64,000 nucleotides of DNA, from positions 17,236,001-17,300,000 of the forward strand of contig CM060733.1 of the NCBI GenBank assembly GCA_030704615.1, written 5' to 3'. Source of the DNA: Takakia lepidozioides (lineage: Eukaryota; Plantae; Bryophyta). A model generated the notes under the pieces. It did not search any database, was not told the DNA's origin, and saw nothing but the letters and a program-made list of their open reading frames with translations. The translations under genes were made by a program, and so were the position numbers. Below are positions 12,212-25,977 of the stretch, one piece after another (position 1 is the first letter of the stretch; each line of letters opens with the position of its first letter).

Positions 12212-13061
12212 TGTTAACCGCTGGTTTATGACTTAGACAAAACAAGCTATTAACACTACTGCCCATTTCCTAAGACATGCAACAGAGGTTGTCTGACGGT
12301 ATGCTTTCAGAAATGATTACGAAGTAATCGTTTTAAGGATAGCTAAACCATGAACGTCGGATGAAGCCATATCCTTGCAGACTGCTTAATCCTATTGATT
12401 AAGACCAATCTACAGTCTCTTAAGCATAAAAGATCTTAGTTGAAAGGACTGAAGCCTCTTGGTTCATACAAGCAGATGGCAGTCAAGAGAAAACAATAAC
12501 TATTCTGAGATGATACACATTCTCACCATCTCACGTTCACTCTATACAGAGATACTTCGAATAGCATGGCTTTACTCCAGAGCTCGTCACATCATCACAA
12601 AAGTACACAGAATCACTCTGAGTCCCTCCAAATACACCTTGATCACTGATACTCATACTGCACACCCTCTAAGTTGCATGTAGTTTTTTTATACTATGCT
12701 CGAAAGAGCCGTTACAGCCTGCGGTCGTTAATGACCGTTTGCCTAACTGCCTACGCAACCTAAAAGGTTTGCTAAAAAATGGCTCGTTGTAGTGGTCATG
12801 AGCCATAGTGGTAAACGGTCCACTACTCCCTCTATTGGTTAAAGCCGATGCTATCGTGACCGTGTGATATCGTGGTTCACGGCTCACGGTTACTACACTA
12901 CCCCTCACTGCTCTCGTGGTAATGTACCCTTGTCCCGCCATTGGCTAAGTACCGCGTACTTAGCCGTCTCTGCCTGTGGCTCAGGTAGTGTACGTCCATC
13001 ACTACCCAGTATGTCCCGTTGCGACCCTCGTTGTCTGTCCCTCGTAGCATAGCCGTTATCA
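12212..13061 (-). repeat. 5' LTR of host gypsy element (~850 bp)
   Basis: TG...CA termini, matches 1-94, PBS adjacent. Confidence 0.88.
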
Positions 13062-13969
13062 GTCACATTTTGCAAAAAACCATCATTAATGGAGCCCATT
13101 TTTTGGCCCCTTTGTACCTTCTATATATATATATACTTCAAAGGTTGCCACCAACGGGGTGCCAAAGCCATAGCCAAGCCCTACCAGCACACTATCGACA
13201 GCCACAACTACTGGCCAAAGCAGCAATGGATGGGCAAAAGCAGCAAAGATAGCACTTTCACAACAAAACCCAACCTCGTGGTCTTGCATATTGCATATTT
13301 TGTATATATATATATATATATATCATTAATATGTGTACACCACTCACAAAACCTGCATATACCTCCCACTTTCCACCATCAACTGGACCGGATTCTAAAA
13401 CATTTATTTGATCACACAGCCATGGTCCACCCGTCTACCCAAACACCCAACAAATACACTCGAATCAACCCGGACAAACCATGGAGACATGTGATCCCCG
13501 GCCCGGACGACGCTACCGCGTGAGCGTGTGAGCATACACTCACGCGATGGTGACGTGGCGCGAGCGCAGGTTCACACCAGCTGATGTGGCGTGAGCGTGA
13601 GGCTGACGTGGCGAGGGCCTGGTGACATGTCACTATCCTACTGATGTGGCATTTGGACAACGTTGCGGATGCCATGTCAACAGAAACATATAGCACCTAT
13701 AGCCGAGGGGCCTATAGCCGTGCCATTCACTCATCCAAAACACCAAAAATGAAAATCCAGGAACGACTTGTGAAAGCATTCGCCTCCATTCCATTTATTT
13801 TGTAACGACTACACACAAGAAATGGCACACATTGCACAACATAATTGGAGGCTGCACTGGTACCAAATATACGAAGGGACATCAAGTTCAAGTTTCAATT
13901 CATGTGAAATCCAGTAATGGAAATTGCAGATGACCAAAGTGAAGACAATGCTATGTGCTTCTATCCCGC

Positions 13970-15030
13970 TGCATAAGTGCATTCACCTCGTTGAAACTCA
14001 TGGTGGCCTGGTGAATGAAGATGTCGTGTGTGGGATCACAAAACCGTTCTGTTGAAGAAGATAAAAAACAGATGTTTGTAGGATAAAAAATTTCCTGGCT
14101 GTGTGATCATGTTGTGTGATCATGCTTTGCCTGTCTTTCCCAAACTTGTTGGAAGCATGCCAACAAAATCAGGACACGTGCAGTTGGGGAAATTTGAAAC
14201 TGTGATGTCGTACAATCTGTCATGCACAACAAATTTGGAGGTCATCATAGTGTAGATCCAACCATACCCGGGATGTGGAACTTTTGTAGTGCCTGTAACA
14301 CGACCTTGAAGCATTCGAGCGGATTCCACCTTGCCGAAGTGTTCGGCAGTCGGAGGGAAACACCGAACCAGCTTCCCATTTCATTTTGTTGGCCATGCAT
14401 CAGCGTTGGGTGGTGGCACTCGAGAACTTGCTGAAGTAGAAGCACCTACATGTACAGAGGGTTCTCGCTCAAGGGAGAAGCCTGCCTCCTCCAACATGGC
14501 AATCTCTTGAGTTGTGAAATGTGTCCCCACCTTCACAGGCCTAACGTTTGGTGGAGGAGGCTTCAGGACCACCGATGGTCGCACAGTCCCACGCACGCAC
14601 CTACCACAGTCGTCAGGGCAGAACCAGAATTTGTGGTTCTTCGCCTATGCTTGCCAGTAAGGCTGGAACAAACCAGTGAAGGTCAGAGCCAGAGTGCGGA
14701 TCTTGCCTCTGGATATGGAGGACTTGCACTTCTCACGATTGGTGGCTTTGATTGCCATGCACTTCACTCGAGACCCAGCACTGGTACGTTCTATGTGCCA
14801 GACTTTGTCGGGGCACATGGGCTCACCACAGGGTGGAGGTTGAGTTTTTCATGAGCAGAGACCCAAGATTCCATGAGCAGATACCGTCGAACACGACATC
14901 CCTTCAAAACGTATGTGTTTCAGGTAAATTTTTTTAACGCCCAATTCATCGCTGGTACAACGTTGATTCCCTTCCTTGTGTCTCTAATCCCACATCCCTT
15001 CTACCGAACAGATACATCCACAAGTACCTC
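13970..15030 (-). pseudogene. SWIM zinc-finger protein fragment, probably DNA-transposon derived
   Basis: YDITVSNFPNCTCPDF...YKHLFFIFNR...DIFIHQATMSFNEV (SWIM CxC...H pattern, degenerate); upstream FWFCPDDCGRCV. Confidence 0.6.
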
Positions 15031-15045
15031 TGTGGAGAGAAGAAG

Positions 15046-15545
15046 TTGTGCCTATCAACTCCAGCTATTATGCTACCCTGGGTGAGCATTTTGTTGGGGA
15101 CAACTATCTACAACGATGAGCAATTGAGATTGTATAAGGGCCATGTTTATGCGAATTGTGAGGAGCAGTTCAGCCGGCTCCACCTCCAGTCTGCGAACAA
15201 GAAAGAGCTCTTCGCAGCCAGGAAGATTGGAATAAATACTTTGTACTCGACTGTGGTCATTTGCATCCATGCAGATTACATTAGAATGGTCGATGGGAAG
15301 GCGAGTGGTGAGTGGCCCCCGGAGAAGAAGCAGCTTGACAAGTGGATAAAATTGATTTCGTAAGGAGATTTCTCGGAAATCAATGGACTGGATGCAGAAA
15401 TGGGTGCAGTGGACCTTCTCATTGCTGATATCCCTCACGGCACTCCAGTGTAGGAAACAAGAGGCGTTGGCATCCTGAAATGGAACGAGAAATCTACGAA
15501 GGATATCTTGTATGCTCTGTCTCTGGCTGGGAAGCATTAAGGATG
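15046..15545 (+). pseudogene. Amino-DNA-methyltransferase-like fragment (N-terminal catalytic half), copy 3
   Basis: Reading through TAA 15361 gives AVDLLIADIPHGTPV*...KWNE (DIPH at 15427-15438). Aligns with AADLIILDIPDGLPV...GWNA at 37.4 kb. Confidence 0.62.
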
Positions 15546-15549
15546 CGAG

Positions 15550-18191
15550 GCAAGATGCTGCTAGTGTCGGCATCTTGCCTCCCTGGGCAACCGCAACTCC
15601 TCCTATGAATGTCACAGGGAGCTGCACACGTTGGCCCTCCCCTGACTGCCATGCAGGCCTATAGGAAGCTGACTCCTCCCAAAAATCCAGGGTGAAGCCC
15701 ATGGGGTACAACACTGCCCCACCAACCAGGACATCGTATGAGACCGCGTCTGTCACAATGGCCTTGGCTCGCATCACTGAGCCATCTGTAGGGTGATCCG
15801 GCCGTAGTCTGATAGCCAACTCACGCCATGTCATGCCTCGAGCCTGCTCCGATCCTCCCAGAGACGTCTGTATCTGGAAAGGACAAGGCTCCATATCCGC
15901 CTCCGTGAGGCCCAAGCCTGCAATAGCAGCTCTGCCCAGCATCAATGGCTGAGCTTCCGAGTCCAACAAGACCCGCAGTGGCCGGTACCTCTTGCCTGCC
16001 GGTCCACTCAAACAGAAAATGCCATCCTGGTTGTCTAACATGACAACTCCAGGTGTCACCATGGCGCGCTCAATGGCTGGCCTAGCTGGCAGCTCCATCA
16101 ACCTGGCAGCTGCAGCTTGCCATGGCGCTGCCGTGGCAGTCTTGACCCTCAAATCCGAGGATCCCTCCGGCACTACACCTCCCACTATCTCCGCAGAAGA
16201 TGAAGTAACCTCCCCACTCTCACAGAGTGTAGCTGCCAGCCTAAACACCTCAGCTGGTCTTACCCCCGGCGTCGCAATCATGGTAGCCGAGAACAATGGA
16301 GCCTGGCACACAGATGTGGCCGCTCCTAGCAGCACACTAGCTGTCGTAGCCTTGGCAACACTAGGTAGTGGTGCTACCCGTGTAGCTCTCCCCAATGGCA
16401 TAGTAACCTTCGCCTCGGTAACAGTCGGGTGAGAACTAGGTGCCATGGATGGCGTCGACACTGTCTCCGCCAATGTGAATGACTGAGGAAGCCTAGCCTG
16501 ACGGCTTGCCTCCCCACGCTGTGGATTCAACTCCACCTCTGCACCTCGTGGCTCAGGAACTCGTGCTGCTCCTCGAGTCACAACTGCAGCAGACTCCACC
16601 TGCACTAGTGGTAGTGCTGCTCCACACATGAATCCCATGCCTCCCATATCTCCTCCCTCAGGAGCAGGAGGTGGACCATCCGGCCTTAGAGCCGGTACCA
16701 CCTGAGCTGCAGCCATGGTAGCGAGCCTCTACTCTAGCTGCTGAAGCCGGTTGGCCATGCCTTGGTCAACACCCTGACCTCCGCATCCTTGGCCATGTTG
16801 AGCTTGCCCTTGGCCTGCACCTCGTGGCTGGCCACCTCGTCCTCTCTGGGCTGCTCCACCTCGCCCCCGGCCACCATTGTTCCCTTGGAACTGGCCTGGA
16901 CGCAACTCAGGATGCAAACCATAACACTGGGCCTCTCCATGCCCGTGCTTGCCACAATGCCCACACTGCAACTGTGCAGGCTGTGCATGTGCCGGCCCTT
17001 TGCCTCCCTCTGGGCAATCCTTATTGACATGGGGTCCTCCACATGTCCAGCACACCACATCCGCCCGTTGTTGGCCAGCAAATGAAGGGAGAGACCCCTG
17101 CATCTGAGGTCCTCTCTGCTCTTCCCTGAGCTTCACCTGAGCCCCCTTGTTGCCTTGAGCACGTTGGGGTAGTGGTTGGCTAGGAGCACCACTACCCCGT
17201 GGTGTCTCCTTAGCAAATCCCACCATGACCACTCGTTCCTCCACCATGTTGAGCTCTATCCGCTCTGCCAGCAAAAACACATTTACTAAGGTGGGTTGGG
17301 CCGCTTGTAGGAGAGTTGCATCCCGCACCCTTCTCCTCAGCTCCTTGTCCAATATCCCATACCAGAATTGGACTGCCTGAGCTTCCGTAACCCCTTGCGT
17401 TACATTTATCAAGCGCCTCATGCGAGTGAAAGCCTCCCTCAAGCTCTCGGTCGGCTTCCGTTGGAACTCTTGCAAGCTCCGCAACTTCTCTGTCCTCACC
17501 CCTTGGTAGTTCCCTCTCAACTCTTCGAAGAACTCCACAACAGGGTTGAAGGCAGGCATGGGTGCTAGTGCTGGTGCGGTAGTGGCTTGGGTGGACGTCG
17601 TAGCTACTGTACCACCAGTCCCACTAGTCCCACTAGTCCCACTGCTACTTGCTGAAGCTGCCGGTGCAGCGGCAGGTGTAGCCACTGCCCTCGTGGCTCT
17701 AGTGCCCCTAGTGATGGAGACATAGTCGGGTGACCAGTACATCCTCCACTCCTCGATCTCAACCTCATGCCCCCGCCTGAACTCATGGTAATCATCCATA
17801 GGCGGCCCCTCAAGGTGCTGAAACAGCCCCTTCCATGCCATGAAAGGCGTAAATAGTTGTGGATTGCGCATTTGCTGCAAATCACACCAACTATCAAACT
17901 CTTGGATAAAATCATCCAACTCGATGGTGCCCACCGCCCCAGAGTACCTTCGTGGCCCTTGGTAGCTCCATACATCTCCTCCATTGTGTCCCTCAACAAT
18001 GGCAAAGAAACAACTTGCACCACCGGTATGAGTCCTCCTGATTCACAATCCGAATCAGAACCTTCCGTAGAAGACACGGGAGGTAAAGGTGGCCTAAACC
18101 GCACACCTCGTCTCGTGTACCCACTAGTATCGCTAGTGCTCAAACCGGCACTGTCCCCAGCAACTAGTGGCACCTCCGTGTTGATACTCAA
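15550..18191 (-). pseudogene. Second Ty3/gypsy-like gag-protease remnant
   Basis: Gag with knuckles CWTCGGPHVNKDC and CGHCGKHGHGEAQC. One in-frame TAG (16729-16731), then protease-like VLLDSEAQP...YDVLVG. Truncated at ~15550. Confidence 0.82.
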
Positions 18192-18419
18192 CCGGTCATG
18201 AACATGTCCCTAACCCCCTCTCCACAAGGTAACCGGGTAGAGAACCTGTTGCGGCTTAGGGTTTGGAATACTAAGTTCCTAACATAGCCTACACCTATAC
18301 TTGCATGACCATGGGAATATCATGAAGATACTCCTCAAACCGCCCTCCACGAGCTTCAAAATTCGGCCTTCAAGATCACATACCAGTCCTTAGGCAGTCC
18401 ACCAGTGCCTCCACGAGTC

Positions 18420-19530
18420 AGCACAGGCCGTCCACAGCCCGTCACAGCCCGTCACAGCCCCAGAGGCCTCAGGCACGGCCTGTCACAGCCCATCACAGCC
18501 CTAAAGGCCACGGGCATAGCCTCTCACAGCCCATCACAGCCCCCAAGGCCACCGGCGCAGCCCGTCACAAGCCCTCACAGCCCGTCACAACCTCGAAGGC
18601 CACCGGCACAGGCCCTCACAGGCCCTCACAGCCCGTCACAGCCCCGAAGGCCACCAGCGCAGCCCGTCACAGCCCGTCACAGCCCCTCACAGCCCCGAAG
18701 GCCACCGGCACAGCCCCTCGCAGCCCGTCATAGCCCTGAAGGCCACCGGCATAGCCCCTCACAGCCCCAAAGGCCTCAGGCACGGCCTGACACACCCGTC
18801 ACAGCCCGTCACAGCCCCAAAGGCCTCAGGCACGGCCTGTCACAGCCCCTCACAGCCCATCACAGCCCCAAAGGCCACAGGCACAGCCTGTCACAGCCCC
18901 TCACAGCCCCTCACAACCCCAAAGGCCTCAGGCACGGCCTGTCACAGCCCCACAGGCCACTGGGCACAGCCCGTCACAGCCCGTCACAGCTCGCCACGGC
19001 TCACCACAGCCCGTCACAGCCCCAAAGGCCTCAGGCACGGCCTGTCACAGCCCCTCACAGCCCGTCACAGCCCCACAGGCCACTGGGCACAGCCCGTCAC
19101 AGCTCGCCACAGCCCCTCACAGCCCCAAAGGCCTCAGGCACGGCCTGTCACAGCCCCTCACAGCCCCTCACAGCCCCAAAGGCCTCAGGCACGGCCTGTC
19201 ACAGCCCCTCACAGCCCCTCACAGCCCCAAAGGCCACGGGCATAGCCCGTCACAGCCCGTCACAGCCCCACAGGCCACTGGGCACAGCCTGTCACAGCCC
19301 CTCATAGCCCCAAAGGCCTGAGGCACGGCCTGTCACAGCCCCTCACAGCCCGTCACAGCCCCAAAGGCCTCAGGCACGGCCTGTCACAGCCCCTCACAGC
19401 CCATCACAGCCCCAAAGGCCACGGGCACAGCCCGTCACAGCCCCACAGGCCACTGGGCACAGCCTGTCACATCCCCGCACAGCCCCTCACAGCCCCCAAG
19501 GCCACTGGGACAGCCCGTCACAGCCCCATC
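18420..19530. repeat. Minisatellite of CACAGCCC(G/C)T-type 10-mers with GGCC linkers
   Basis: Dozens of cacagcccgt/cacagcccct units in the 5' leader of the gag remnant. Confidence 0.93.
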
Positions 19531-21391
19531 CATGGCCGCTCTGGAAGTTTAGCCATTTCTCCAAGGGGTTTAGCCACGCCAAGCTAGGGTTTGTGTCTCT
19601 TGGACTCTAGGCTTCTTTCCACCGAGCTATGGCGGCTGTGAGGAAATCAACAAGGTGTTCTTGTTGTTTCGGCTCCCACACACCACCATAGTAGCCCTAA
19701 GCCATGAGGTGGTTGCCACAAACCAAGTCTTCTTTCTTACTTAGCCTCCCCAAACACGCCACTAAACTCAATGGCAAACAACCAAGCCCTGCTGGTTCCC
19801 AGCCCTTGTGAGCACTCATTCAAGCACTCTCCTTGGCCATAGCATCTGTCTTAGATCCTATTCCAGCCCCCTACACCTGCTGCTTCAAGAGTTGCGCTCC
19901 CTTCAAGCTTGAAGTTGAAACCCCAACTCACATAGGCCCTACAAGTGCTTTTCTTTCACTCCAAGTGGAAACCAGCCCTAGACCTTCCGTTCTAGCTCTC
20001 TAAAGCTTGAAAACAAGAGCCTCAATGGGCTGAAGGCATGCTCCACACATGCCCCACTCTCACCATAAGAAAATCAGCTCATTTGCTTCATTTCTTGCAC
20101 CCACAAACCTGAAAATACAAGCTTCAGCAGGCTGAAAGCATGCTCCACATGCCCTACAGGGAAACCAGCCCCTTCCTTCCTTTCTTGCACTCCCACACCT
20201 GAAAGTGCAAGCCTTCACCAGGCTGATAGCATGCTCCACACATGCATTGCCCTCACATAAGGGAAGTCAGCCCTTCCCTCTTCCTTGCTTGCCCTCCAAG
20301 CTTGAAGATGAAAGCTTCAATGAGCTGAATACATGCTCCACACATGCAACCTCTTCACACAAGAGATATCAGCCCCCTATCTTGGCTCCTTGGCTCCTTG
20401 ATGCTCTCTAAGACAAGACTAAGCACTCCACAGCCTTTGCCAAGCTCCTGAAACCCTAAGGCTTACATTTCCAGCCACAAGACACTTCTCTTGTGGTGCA
20501 AGAGCTCTTCTTCCAAGCTCTGAAACCCTAGGTGCACATTCCATGGCCTTGCCGCACCTCTTAGCTCCTGTTCCAGCCCTGCTCTTGCCATGACAAGAGC
20601 CCTCTCAATGCTGAAGCTCGAGATTGAAACCCAATCTCACCATACTCCACAAAGTGCACTGATTTGCCCCAAGCCAAATCAGCCCTTTCGCTTGGTCTTG
20701 CAATCCTTCACACAATGAAAGCTCGCATTCCCAAGTCCAGTTCTCAGTTTTGCCACCAAAGCCACTATAACCTGCTCTTGACTGGTCCTCTTCTCAATCG
20801 TGCTTGCTCATGCATGTACACAATCTGAAACCATCAAGGAGCTCTGGAATTACCTGCAGCATGGTGCTTTCATCTCTGAAGTTGAAGATCGAATGCCAAG
20901 GTCTACCACCTCGTAACCCACATCGCCTCCGCTTTTAACAACCAAGAGCTCCACGGTGCTCCTTACATAACAACTTGGTTTCTCTCATTCTCAAGCAAAA
21001 CCCACAAGTGCTACAACTAACTCGTATCTGGCACTCACAGATACGAGCTCATCTTTCTCAAGTGATAAAGAAGAAAAATACAAGCACAAGCTCATGCGAG
21101 CTCACAAAGCTGAAGCATAAACTCATGCATATATAACCTCATCACTCAAATACAAGTCAAGCCAAGTGCACCCCACGCCATGGGGAATCCACACTACGAC
21201 GCCATAGCTAGGCGCGGTGAGGCTCAACTCGAGAAAGATGAGCCTCCCGCGCTTGCCGTGAAGATAACCACTCCAGGGCCTAAATCTGCCTTGACCCCTG
21301 GATTGACACTTGGGCCAATCCCAAATGTCAATATGTAAAAGCTAGCTATTTCCTAGCTAGTTTCACACTAGTGGTAAAATAACTTGATAGA

Positions 21392-22190
21392 GGATTCTGA
21401 TACTACTGTTTCTTCAGAGGACTCTTTTGACATGGCAGAGGACTATGCACTTTAGATGGCAGAGAAGAAACGAAGGGGATCTCCTATGCCTGAGAGGTTA
21501 CCTCGTTATCAGCCAAAGGAGGGTCAGACATTTCCAGGTAGTGCTCAATCGTCTCCATCAGTCAGTGACAGGACTCGGCCTCGCACGCGGAGTCTTTCAC
21601 GCGACTCTCACCGACAGAAGGGTGCTCGCTCACAAAGGTTTGCTGATCCCAAACAGTAAACCGTGAGGACACGGCTTTTTGAGAGGGGGAGGGGTAATGT
21701 TAGAGGGCTGCTTGGGACTTAGACGCTTTTACGGGTTCTGTGGGGTACCCTTAATTTTTGCGCAGAATTATGAATGATAGACTGAGACAAACAGGAGCCT
21801 TAGGGGTGGCAAGCGCAGGCTTTAGGGGGGGTAGACAGCTTGTCACAGTCTATCACAGCCAGACACAGTCTGACACAGCCCAACACAGCTTCGCACAGCC
21901 AGTCACAGCCCGACACAGCTTCAAACAGCTTGTCACAGTCTATCACAGCCAGACACAGTCTGACACAGCCCAACACAGCTTCGCACAGTTAGTCATAGCC
22001 CGACACAACTTTACATAGCCCGTCACAGTCTATCACGGCCAGACACAGCCCGACGCAGCTTCGCACAGCTAGTCACAGCCCGACATAGCTTTACACAGCT
22101 AGTCACAGCTCGGCACAGCTTGATACAGCCTGTCACGGTGTACATGGGGAACAATTATCATTGACAGGGAACGACTGTGTGGGAACGACA
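21392..22190 (-). repeat. Probable degenerate PBS and 5' LTR of second gypsy remnant (includes CACAGC repeats 21835-22135)
   Basis: TTCTGATACTA at ~21395-21405 resembles a mutated Met PBS on the minus strand, next to TG at 21407. Far LTR end not determined. Confidence 0.4.
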
Positions 22191-22657
22191 TCTGCAGAGG
22201 GAACGTGTTACTTTAGGGGTGACGGTTAGTTAGTTAGGTGGTTAAAACAGCTTGCGGGTAGATTAGGCAGGGCGGCAACAAGAAGAGGATCACTTCTTGG
22301 GGAGAGCGACTTGGTCAAAGGGAGAGGAGATGAAGCGGAGAGTGGGAAATGGTGAAGATGGGAAGATGACTTGATCGATGCTTAATTCATGCAAGCTGCA
22401 GAATCATACAGTAAGGCAGATTAGGGACACCATGGCATTGGCCTGATACTTGATAAATCTTAATCTGATACTCATTCGATACAATTACACTGTGTAGAGA
22501 GACATGAGTGAAGCTGTGGAATGAATGGATGAGTGAATGGAACCTGGTAGTTACTGAAGCAATCTGATGCTTCAGTATACACAATAAGATAATTTGCTAA
22601 CATGAAGGCAAGAAGAAATACAAATAAGAAGCATGACCATGATTCACTAGCTGTAGG

Positions 22658-25600
22658 TCATGACTGATTGTTCTGAGCGGGCTGAGTGCTTAGAGATATC
22701 CAAGTTTCCAAAGGGTTGTGCATCTGAGGTCTCCATGGCCTACTAGGATTTAATTTAGCTATTCTATGAATCATATGACCAGCAGGCCTATGCCTTAGAC
22801 AGGCCAAGATTGCGGGCTCAGTCTTATTTGGTCTTATGTATCTGTTGGTGTGTAGTCTCCCATCATGGCACTGATTGACAGATTTATGATTGTGGTGATG
22901 AGTTACACTATTCTGTATTGTTAGTACCAGTAGCATACAATCTGGTTGAGAGGGAGTCAACATCTGTGTAATCGCTGCAGACCATTGTATGTCAGGATTC
23001 TCCTTCATAGTAAACAAGTCATACATAAATTTGTGCAGCTTTTGAATTGGTACTTGAATTTGAACATCTTTCCCGTGTGGGGTGTTTCTGGCTACATTAG
23101 GTGTGTGGTTATTTCCTGGTTTTGGGTACTCCTGGATAAATTGCCACTCCCTTGATTCAGCTACGTTTTCTTGCACATTATGTTCATTGCTCCTGTTGAA
23201 AAGACTGGTGATTGGCATAGATTGACTGGTGATTAACTGGTGATTGACATAGATTGAACACATGCAGATTTTCATAATTTGAGCATTGTAGCGTTGTGGC
23301 AGCACTTTAAGTTTTGGAACGTAGCAACGAGTGGCATTTGCGAGCTTCAATACTGTGTGGATAAAGTATTGCCGCCGAATTACAAGGGGGGCTACCAGCA
23401 GGGAGTGCAAAAGCCTCATCAAGCTTTGAGCGTGACAGTTAACGTGGATTAATTTTATATAGCTTTTCAGTATTTGAGCAGTGTTATGTTCTGGCATCAT
23501 TGTAAGTATTTGATCATGGCAGAAGGTGACATTTGTGAGCTTTAATATTGTCGGAGTAGAGCACCGCCGCCGAGTTACATAGGAGGTTGACAGCAGGGGG
23601 TGCAGTACTCTGTTCATGCTTTGGGCATAGCAGTGATTAGTCATAGCAGGGTGATGCATATATTCCCATAGCCAGAAATCGTCACATTTCTTCATATGTC
23701 CATGTTCGGAGTTGGGATTTATACTCGCGTAGAGGGCATAGTACAATAGCATTATCGTGCACTGTGGTAGCATATTAAGTATTTGGGGGAGTTTCACCAA
23801 GACTGGAGAAGCGAGTTTGTTCCTATGCAAAGGTCCTGAGTGCACATTTATGCCCCTCTGTCTTACTGCAGCCGAATTCTGGGTTACTATTGTCTTAAGT
23901 TTTTGGTCATAGCAGCAGTTAACAATTGTGGCTTTTGATATCGCGTGACTATAACACGAAGTTCTATTTTCAGTTGGCATGAACAACAATGGATGTACTG
24001 GGACTTTCAGATCTTGAGCAATGGATTGTTGTACTATCTTTGTTGTGGCGTCTTGTGGCCTATGGCAGGTTATCTGGCATACGTTTCTGGTAATAATGGA
24101 GACTTTTTCTGCATTTGTGGGCGGTAGTGCATTGTGTTGCCCGAGTGTCCGTGTCATTTTCTTAGATAGTGCATCTGGTTTCTGGGTTGGCTCATGAATA
24201 CAACGCATAATTTGAGCTCCTGCCATTACTCTTATTTGTTAGCTGTTTGTTGTAGGCGTTTGTTTCTTGGCAGGGGGCTCAATTTGTTGTCGTGCCTCTG
24301 TTACTTGGTCCTGGATTGCAGCACACATTACAGTTAGTAATAGGCTTGAGCAGTGCACATTGAAGGCAACAGAGATAATTGTCATCTGTGGCATGGGCCC
24401 TTTCTTGTAGCATATCCTCTGGTTATCTTCTTTGATGATACTGATAGAGTCCCCGATCCAAGCCCATTCTAAGGCTTCAGCTGGCTGTGTTTTACCTTAG
24501 TTGGTGATTGTATTTGGCCACCGGGCCCAGAAGAGTCCTACCAGTGTGCTTCTATTATCTCTCAGTGATTTAATGCTTATAACTGTAAGGCAGTCCACCG
24601 AGAGCAAGCCTCTATATTTAGTGCCTTGGTGTCTACTTAGAGCCCCTCCACACAGCACAAAGATTACCAGTTTAGTAAAAGCTTGTTGCACGGGCAGAAT
24701 GGTTGCTCCTGCTTGGGGCTGCTTCATCAAAATTAGAGAATCAAAATTTCCCCTATTCAGAAATCCTAGGTTTGTATACAAAGGAATCTGCCCTATTGTA
24801 GTTAAGACCTGAGATACCATCACATTACGTTTTTGATCATAACAGCATGTGACAGTTTTGGATTTTGATATCGTGTTGGTGTAGCACATCGATTGATTTC
24901 CTAGTCGTATTAGCAGAAATGAACGCAATAAGACTTTCAGAGTTTTAGCAATGTATTGTTGTAATATCACATGGAGTTTTTTAGCATAGCACTGAATGGC
25001 ACTTGTGAATTTTGATAAGTTATGGATAGAACATTGCAATCGATTTTCAAGTAACGCTGAAGGCAGTGAGTGCAATAACACTTTCAAGCTTTGAGCACGG
25101 TAGAGATTAGTCATAACGGGGCAGTGCGTATACTTCCACAATCGAATAGCTTCATCCTTCTCCATATTTCTTTGTTCAGATCTGGGCTTATCAAGCCCAG
25201 AGTGATTACAGTATGATGATAGTAGAATGTACTGTGGCATCATATTAAGTTCCTGATAGTAGTAGTGAGTGCCAAGTATGGCCTTTGGTAGCGCATGGTT
25301 ATTGTGTGACGACCCAGTTTCGGGGTTAGGTGATAACACAGGGGGTGGTAAGGCTTTGAGGTAATTTGCACGGCAATGATTGACACTGGCAGAAGCATAT
25401 AGGGGTCTCCATACCATATAGTTTTGGGAGGCTCCTTGGTATATCCGAGTATCCATTAAAATAGACAGTTGATATGTGTTGGCATTCCCTCTAGAGTTGA
25501 CAATGGTAATGAGCAATTGCATTCTAGTGCTACCAGGCTGGGTAGTGAACTTAGCTTGGGCAGAGTTGAGTGCTGCGAGTGTGCCCTTCAGTATTCCGCG

Positions 25601-25798
25601 TTCAGCAAGTGACATGCGCTCCTGTTCTGTGTGATTTTGTGCTGCCAGTGTGCTCTTTGGCGTTTTCCCATTTATTATGACTTTGTGCTCAGTATGCAGC
25701 CATCTCTTGTTTTCCAGGAAACATATGTCTTCATCCATGTTTTCTCCTGCTGTTAAGCCTGGTGGTGGTGCACTCATCTTCCATAGCTTTGATTGCAT
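22658..25798 (-). pseudogene. Long degenerate ORF of unknown function with internal ~55-60 aa repeats
   Basis: ORFs 24497..25798 and 22658..24226 share a frame and are separated by only two TAA stops. Recurrent AQSLxxLLHSL...LKLxNxTxCYxxKL units. Confidence 0.5.
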
Positions 25799-25977
25799 GT
25801 CAGGTCTGTACCAGCCTGTGAGCGTCTTCTGGTTATTCTCTGCAATTAGCTAGTTTGCATTAGTGTTTTTGCTATGCATAATTGGTACACTGACTAGTGC
25901 ATATTGGTTCTGTGAACTCATACATGTTCATCAAAGAGGTAAATAGTTTTAAGACAATAATAATAATAATAATGAAT

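Larger units (their letters stand above)
1..13061 (-). mobile_element. Ty3/gypsy LTR retrotransposon, non-chromovirus type, internally deleted, 3' LTR runs off the window
   Basis: Bases 1-94 are identical to 12968-13061. On the minus strand the LTR begins TGATAAC. PBS follows the 5' LTR and PPT precedes the 3' LTR. gag, protease and RT remnants lie between. Confidence 0.92.

Noticed and set aside
15073-16716. 547-aa ORF as a single gene
   Set aside because: Chimeric: gypsy protease down to ~15550, then the antisense of the plus-strand MTase fragment.
18405-19307. 300-aa Pro/Ser/His-rich protein
   Set aside because: Translation of a stop-poor CACAGCCC minisatellite.
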